This document shows positions 58,703 to 64,000 of a DNA stretch of 64,000 bases, in pieces. The notes under the pieces were generated by a model, which saw only the letters and a list, made by a program, of their open reading frames with translations, ran no database searches and had not been told where the DNA came from. Each line of letters opens with the position of its first letter. The first letter of the stretch is position 1. A program made the translations under genes and the position numbers. The stretch comes from Pseudogymnoascus verrucosus. Its lineage: Eukaryota. The DNA is taken from NCBI GenBank assembly GCA_001662655.1, contig KV460212.1. One strand, given 5' to 3'.

Positions 58703-60684
58703 ATGCTGTCTCATACTCTCTACACCCAGCTCTCGACAGCATTGCAAAAGCCGCTGCCATGCATTCTCATTGCTACTTCCAGCATCATAGCAGTACTCGT
58801 TCTCAGGTCCTTATTGCGAGATATCACTTCACCATTGAGAGATATCCCTGGGCCTTTTATAGCACGGTACACTCGTTTGTGGAAGCTCCGCGAGATATAC
58901 AAGGGAGCTTTTCAGGAGACCAACATTGAGCTTCATAGAAAACACGGTGATTATTCTTTCCATAAGCTAGATAGCTCAGGTTAACATAAAACTCCCTGCT
59001 GACAGAGATCCAGGGCCTATTGTTCGTATTGCACCGAATGAATACAGTATCGATGATCCGGATGCGGTCAAAATTATCTATGGTCTAGGATCTCAATTCA
59101 TAAAGGTGCCTACTACATTGCTCTCATAACGCTCCAAGCTGCCTGTTCAGAATCCGTATTCCATTTACATTGTTAATTCTTAACCCCACATTCAGAGCCC
59201 ATGGTACACCGCCAGCGGCGACCCAGATCCTCATGGTACTCCTGACCTCTTCAGTGATCGTAATCCGACTCGCCACGCAGCCTCACGCCGTAAGGTAGCG
59301 TCAGCATATTCGATGACGGCATTGGCTCAATTAGAACCCCTCGTTGACGAATGTTATGTGGTTCTGCGCGACAGGTTTATGGAGTTCGCGGACCGCGGCA
59401 AAGTGGTCGATATGGCACACTGGATGCAATGTTATGCCTTTGATGTTATCGGAGAAATCACCGTAGGTTACTTATTTCCACTAGTACTCCCTCCCTTGTG
59501 AACCTCTCCTCTCTCTAATTCCGAAAATGAAATAGGTGGGAAAGCGCTTTGGATTCCTCGACCAAGGAGATGATATCGACGGCATCATGGCCGCAATCTC
59601 CCAATACCTCTCGTACGGTGCCATGGTTGGCGTCTACGCGGAATTCCACCGCTTTGCCGCAAAGCTGCTTTCTTTCCTTCCTCAGAAGCAGGGTGGTGGG
59701 ATGGCCGCTATGGGTAAATTTGCAAACGCGCAGGTCCAGCAGAGGCTCTCGACGACGACAGCAGTCGACGGAGGTGATGACAAACAGCCCAATCAGAAAG
59801 GAGACTTTCTCAGCAAGATGCTAAACCTCCATCACGAAAACCCTGAAAAGATCACATTGAAAGATGTTTTCCTAACCTGCATCACCAACATCGGTGCTGG
59901 GTCCGATACCACATCCATCAGTCTCTGTTCTGTCTTCTATCATCTCTGCAAATACCCAGAAGTAGCACAAAAGCTACAGGCAGAGATCGACCAGAAAGCC
60001 GCGGCTGGCGAACTCGACGACCCGATCACATTCAAGCAAGCGCAGTCAATGCCATATCTCCAAGCCGTACTAAAAGAGGCATTGCGGATGCACCCAGCGA
60101 CCGGGTTGCCGCTCGGCAGAGTCGTTCCCAGTGGCGGTGCGGAAATCGCTGGGAGGGCGTTTCCAGCAGGGGTTAGTTTTTTCTGCTCATAGTCTTCCCA
60201 CCATGTTTGGGAAGTTTCCCTCAGGCTGACTGTTAACATTGATTGCAGAGCATCGTCGGTGTCAATTCCTGGGTTGCCCACGCCAACCAAGATGTCTGGG
60301 GTCCTGATGCGGCTGTGTTTCGCCCGGAGCGATGGCTGGTCGGCAAAGAGCAATATAACCTGCTCGATAGATACTATTTCACGGTTAGTTCAGACTTCAG
60401 ACTTTCCCCACCCATTCCCTCCCCAGCTGCAGCGCTTGTTGGAAACCTGTAAGTGGTTGGAAGAGCTGACCTGGCGATATGATTAGTTTGGGATGGGCTC
60501 TCGGACATGCATTGGTAGGAATATTAGTCTCCTCGAGATGTCCAAGCTGGTACCGCAACTGATTCGCGAATTTGACGTTGAGCTTGAGCACCCGGGCGAG
60601 AAATGGCAAAAGATAAATAGGTGGTTTGTTAAACAAGAGAAATTCGGCTGTAGTATCAAGCGGAGGCAGCTTGTAGAACAATGA
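58703..60684 (+). CDS. Cytochrome P450 (pisatin-demethylase/CYP57-like clan); exons 58703-58946, 59014-59105, 59196-59462, 59536-60171, 60249-60383, 60487-60684
   Basis: N-terminal anchor plus IPGP, HG|PIVRIAPNEYS, AFDVIGEIT, AGSDTT, KEALRMHP, FRPERW, and heme motif FGMGSRTCIG. Confidence 0.94.
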
Positions 60685-62816
60685 TAGAAATTAGCTACAT
60701 CTTGGTCAGCGATATGCATCGTGACCACCAAATTTTACAAGTACTTTTACATAGTAAATTATATGTAAAGTGACTAAAGGTAACAAAAATGGTAGAAATG
60801 TAGTAGAGATATTTTAATAAAGGCATATATACTATATACGTAATGACTTTGTACCAGCCCTCATACATCTTGCTCCTCGGTATGGTTGACTTTCACTATT
60901 CCTTATTCACTAGTCAATTCCCAAGAGCTCTCCTCTCGGGGCTGCTAGCCTAGTACCTATAGTCATCTCATCACACACTACTTCCGTCACAACCCGAGTG
61001 ATTAACGTTACTCTCCGTGGATAGACCGAACAAACCATACTCAAAGCCTTGAGCCAGCTAGTCCGATTCGACCGCTCAACCGCTGTGCCGCTAGCTAGTA
61101 GGTACGAAGTAGGTCTCCGGATGCGCGGGAGTCGGCCGGCACTCAAGAGGGGCGAGGTGGGGTTAGGATGCATGCATGCACAGTATGGACGCGCTGGCTG
61201 GCTGGATGGGCACGGGCGGGATGGAGGGGATGCAAGAGAGAGATATGGTATGCGTGGGAGTACGGAAGTTTGCCGGCTGAGTGAGGGGAGGGGGAGTGAG
61301 TGAGACATCTAGGCATGCAGACAGACGGAATGGCTGATTGACTGACTGATAGGTAGCCAGTGTCGGCGCGCACGGGATGTGTGGTTGGCTGGTCGCTGTC
61401 GGTGGCGGCTTTCGGGGATGTAGGGAGGAGGGAATATGTAAGGCGCGGCGGTGACGGTGAGGTAAGTAAGTAGGTGAGGTGAGGTGAGGATGCTGACACT
61501 ACACCGCAGGGAGGATTGGTCATCTACGGTGGTTGGTGGATGATTCACGCGGTGTAGGGGGATGTGATGGGGTTAGTGTTACTGTGTAGCACTCTAACTG
61601 AGCTGTAAGTAGACCGCCGGGCCGCCGAGATGCGCGTAGGACACGGTGCATGAGACCACGTCGTCGTTTGACTCAAAGAGGGGAAGTTGGAGTTAGATGT
61701 TGGGGGTATTTAGACGCCCGGTTGCCGCTCACTGCTGGAGTAGTTGAGTTGAGTTGATCTTGACGGCGGGACGGAGACGGACTGGGTCTTTTTGATAGCC
61801 GGTATGCATACATACATACAAACATATTGGACTCATAGGGCTGTGTACTCTTCTCGATTGATCCACCTACCAACGACCAACGACGACGGCAGTACCAACG
61901 GAAACGAGAACGCACGCACGCAGAAAGTGGGAGCGGATACGAGAGAGATATTGCGACGATCGACGGTACTGGATTTGTTAATGTCGCCTTACCTTACATA
62001 CAATTACTAAATCCTTCGATCTCCAATCCATTCCGGAGATCCCGGCAGCGCGGTTCGGACGGTTGCTGTACGTACTGTACTGTACTGTACTGTACTGTGT
62101 GTGGTACTGTATGACCATATCTCGATCGACCTCCGCCAGTGCCGCCCTCCCATCCCTCTCTCCGGCTGTCGGATCCCCGGTTCCTCTTCTCTCTCTCTCT
62201 TTCTCTCTCGCAAGCTACTGCTGCTGAGATTTAAGTAATCACGTTCGTCCGGGACGGCGCTGGGAGCTTCCATCTTCATCATCATCTCTGTCCGATTCAT
62301 TCTCACTTCGTCGGATTAGCGATTAGCTAGAGAACACAAACCACCTACCAACCTACCCACCTACCTACAGTACCTACAGCTCTCTCTAATCACCAGCGAT
62401 CTCGGATCAACCACTCAGTTCAGTGACCTGCGACGAAAACGGTCGTTCGCAGTTTCAAAGACTCACACCTCCCCCGCTACGTCACTGACGACTCAACCCC
62501 AACCACGCCGCGACGAGCAAACGTCCGTGGCGGGTGTCTCACCCGCGCCAACCACCCCGCGCGAAAGCTTATAACGGGGTGTGTGTCCGTCTCCGCCCGC
62601 GAGCGTTGGGCGAGGTCACAAGAGTTTCATCTCTCTTTTTTCCATTTGCGAATCGTCGTGCCAAGAGAGGTGATAGCTGTTGAACGGCTCCTGCATTGTT
62701 GGAAGTGAGAAGAGAGTAAAGATTCAAGCGAGGAGAGAGTTGGATCTCGAATGAGGTTTGACGATACGACGCAACAACTACGATACCCAACCTCAATAGA
62801 GGGACGCAAGAATACC

Positions 62817-63610
62817 ATGGCATCACGAGACACATCACCATCCCCGTCGCCATGGCGCTGGCCTTCACTTTCTAAAGATCGGTTCGTCTTCCTCCTCTGC
62901 CCTCCCCATCCACAACACACCCATATGAGCCCCCTCTCAAGATAAAAACACGACTAACACCCCCATCCAGCCTCATCACCCTCCTCGCCGCCGACCTGCT
63001 ACTCCTCACCAGCGTCCTCACCACGCTACTCCTCCCGCACATCCCCTCACCACTACTATACCCAGTCTGGGGTCTCGCAAAGACCTACGCGATCTACCTC
63101 CAACTTCTGATCCTACCGTGCCTCCTCGGAATCTGGGGTGCCGTAAAGGTATGTACTCATTCCCTCCACTCTCACACGCCCTACCTCCTTCTCCGATCCC
63201 TCTCCCGACCCCTCCACCCTCCACCACCCCCCAGCCAAAAACAAGACCACCAAACTAACCCCCCCCCCCAGGAATCCCCCCTCCCAACCCACATCCTCGC
63301 CTCCACCCTCCTCCTCGACGCCCTCCTCTCCCTCCCCCCCCGCCTCCTCCTCCTCGCCTCCCTCGCCCGCGCCCCCGCCGGCTGCGGCGCCCCCGGCACG
63401 CCCGCACAGGGTATAATCTGGACGCGCTGTGCGGACGCGGCGATAGGGCCGATTGTTGTTGTTGTTGTGGTGGTGCTCGGGAGTGGGCTGGAGGCGTGGG
63501 GGGGGTGGTGGGTTAGGGGGTGGGGGAGACGGTTGGGGGTTGAGCAGAGGAGGGGGAGGAGGGAGAGGGAGGAGGAGGGGGGGAAGGAGATGTTTTGTGA
63601 TGAGGTTTAG
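62817..63610 (+). CDS. Hypothetical multi-pass membrane protein, ~193 aa; exons 62817-62881, 62971-63148, 63272-63610
   Basis: Introns GTTCGT..ACTAAC..CAG and GTATGT..ACTAAC..CAG give one open frame, MASRDTSP...DR|LITLLAADLLLLTSVL...IWGAVK|ESPLPTHILAS...EMFCDEV*, with about four hydrophobic segments. Confidence 0.75.
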
Positions 63611-64000
63611 GGTTGGGGAATGAGTATGAGGGTGGTGGGTGAGGGGAGGTTGAAAATTGCTTGGACTTGGGAATTTGGCGTGAGATTTGGGGGTGAGCTT
63701 GAGGCGTGGGATAGGACTGGACTGAAGGGGATGGGATGGGGCGTTATTTTTGCCGAGATATACTTGCTGCTGGCTGCTTATGAATTATGATACCCTTCTC
63801 TGTCGCGAGTTCTCCGCAGTGTTTGTGTGCCTGATGGCGATGCGTGTGGTGGTCTGGTGATACTTACTCACCTCCTACCTTACATACTCACGCTGTTCTC
63901 ACATCCACAGTATCATCCCAGCCATCATCGCGTATCGTCCCAGCGTCCTCCATCACATCACCTCACTCCATACCCACATACCTCACCCCATACCCAGCCA

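Noticed and set aside
45798..60684. Secondary-metabolite cluster (CoA ligase plus P450)
   Set aside because: There is no PKS, NRPS or terpene synthase, and the two genes are separated by an unrelated RNA-processing gene.

Overview
This is gene-dense genomic DNA from a filamentous ascomycete. The evidence is short GT-AG introns with CTRAC branch sites. The strong C-rich 5' to G-rich 3' skew inside genes suggests a Leotiomycete such as Pseudogymnoascus, which is inference only. Core genes reconstructed by hand-splicing are the 3' end of an SDR, NC2-beta (NCB2), ETR1, a DUF2439/Mte1-like protein, DIB1, a GNAT, COX16, ATR/MEC1, ADE2, a 4CL-like acyl-CoA ligase, a Cid13/CutA-like RNA nucleotidyltransferase, a cytochrome P450 and several hypothetical proteins. 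Features the ORF track does not show are: (1) two intron-encoded C/D box snoRNAs (snR67- and snR53-like) in a non-coding host transcript, each with an extra guide; (2) a phase-compatible hidden exon pair inside the 813-nt NCB2 intron that would give a different 101-aa protein; (3) an ~1100-aa protein joining a Zn2Cys6-like cluster, an SRA-like domain, Cys clusters and an AlkB-type 2OG-Fe(II) dioxygenase, which needs a GC-AG intron and lies downstream of an AT-hook gene; (4) an accessory island between ATR and ADE2 (about 24.6-35 kb) with a disabled SesB-NACHT-ankyrin NLR, a 28-bp minisatellite and a disabled APH-like kinase; (5) a small spliced membrane-protein gene near the right end. Family assignments come from recalled motifs, not from database searches.
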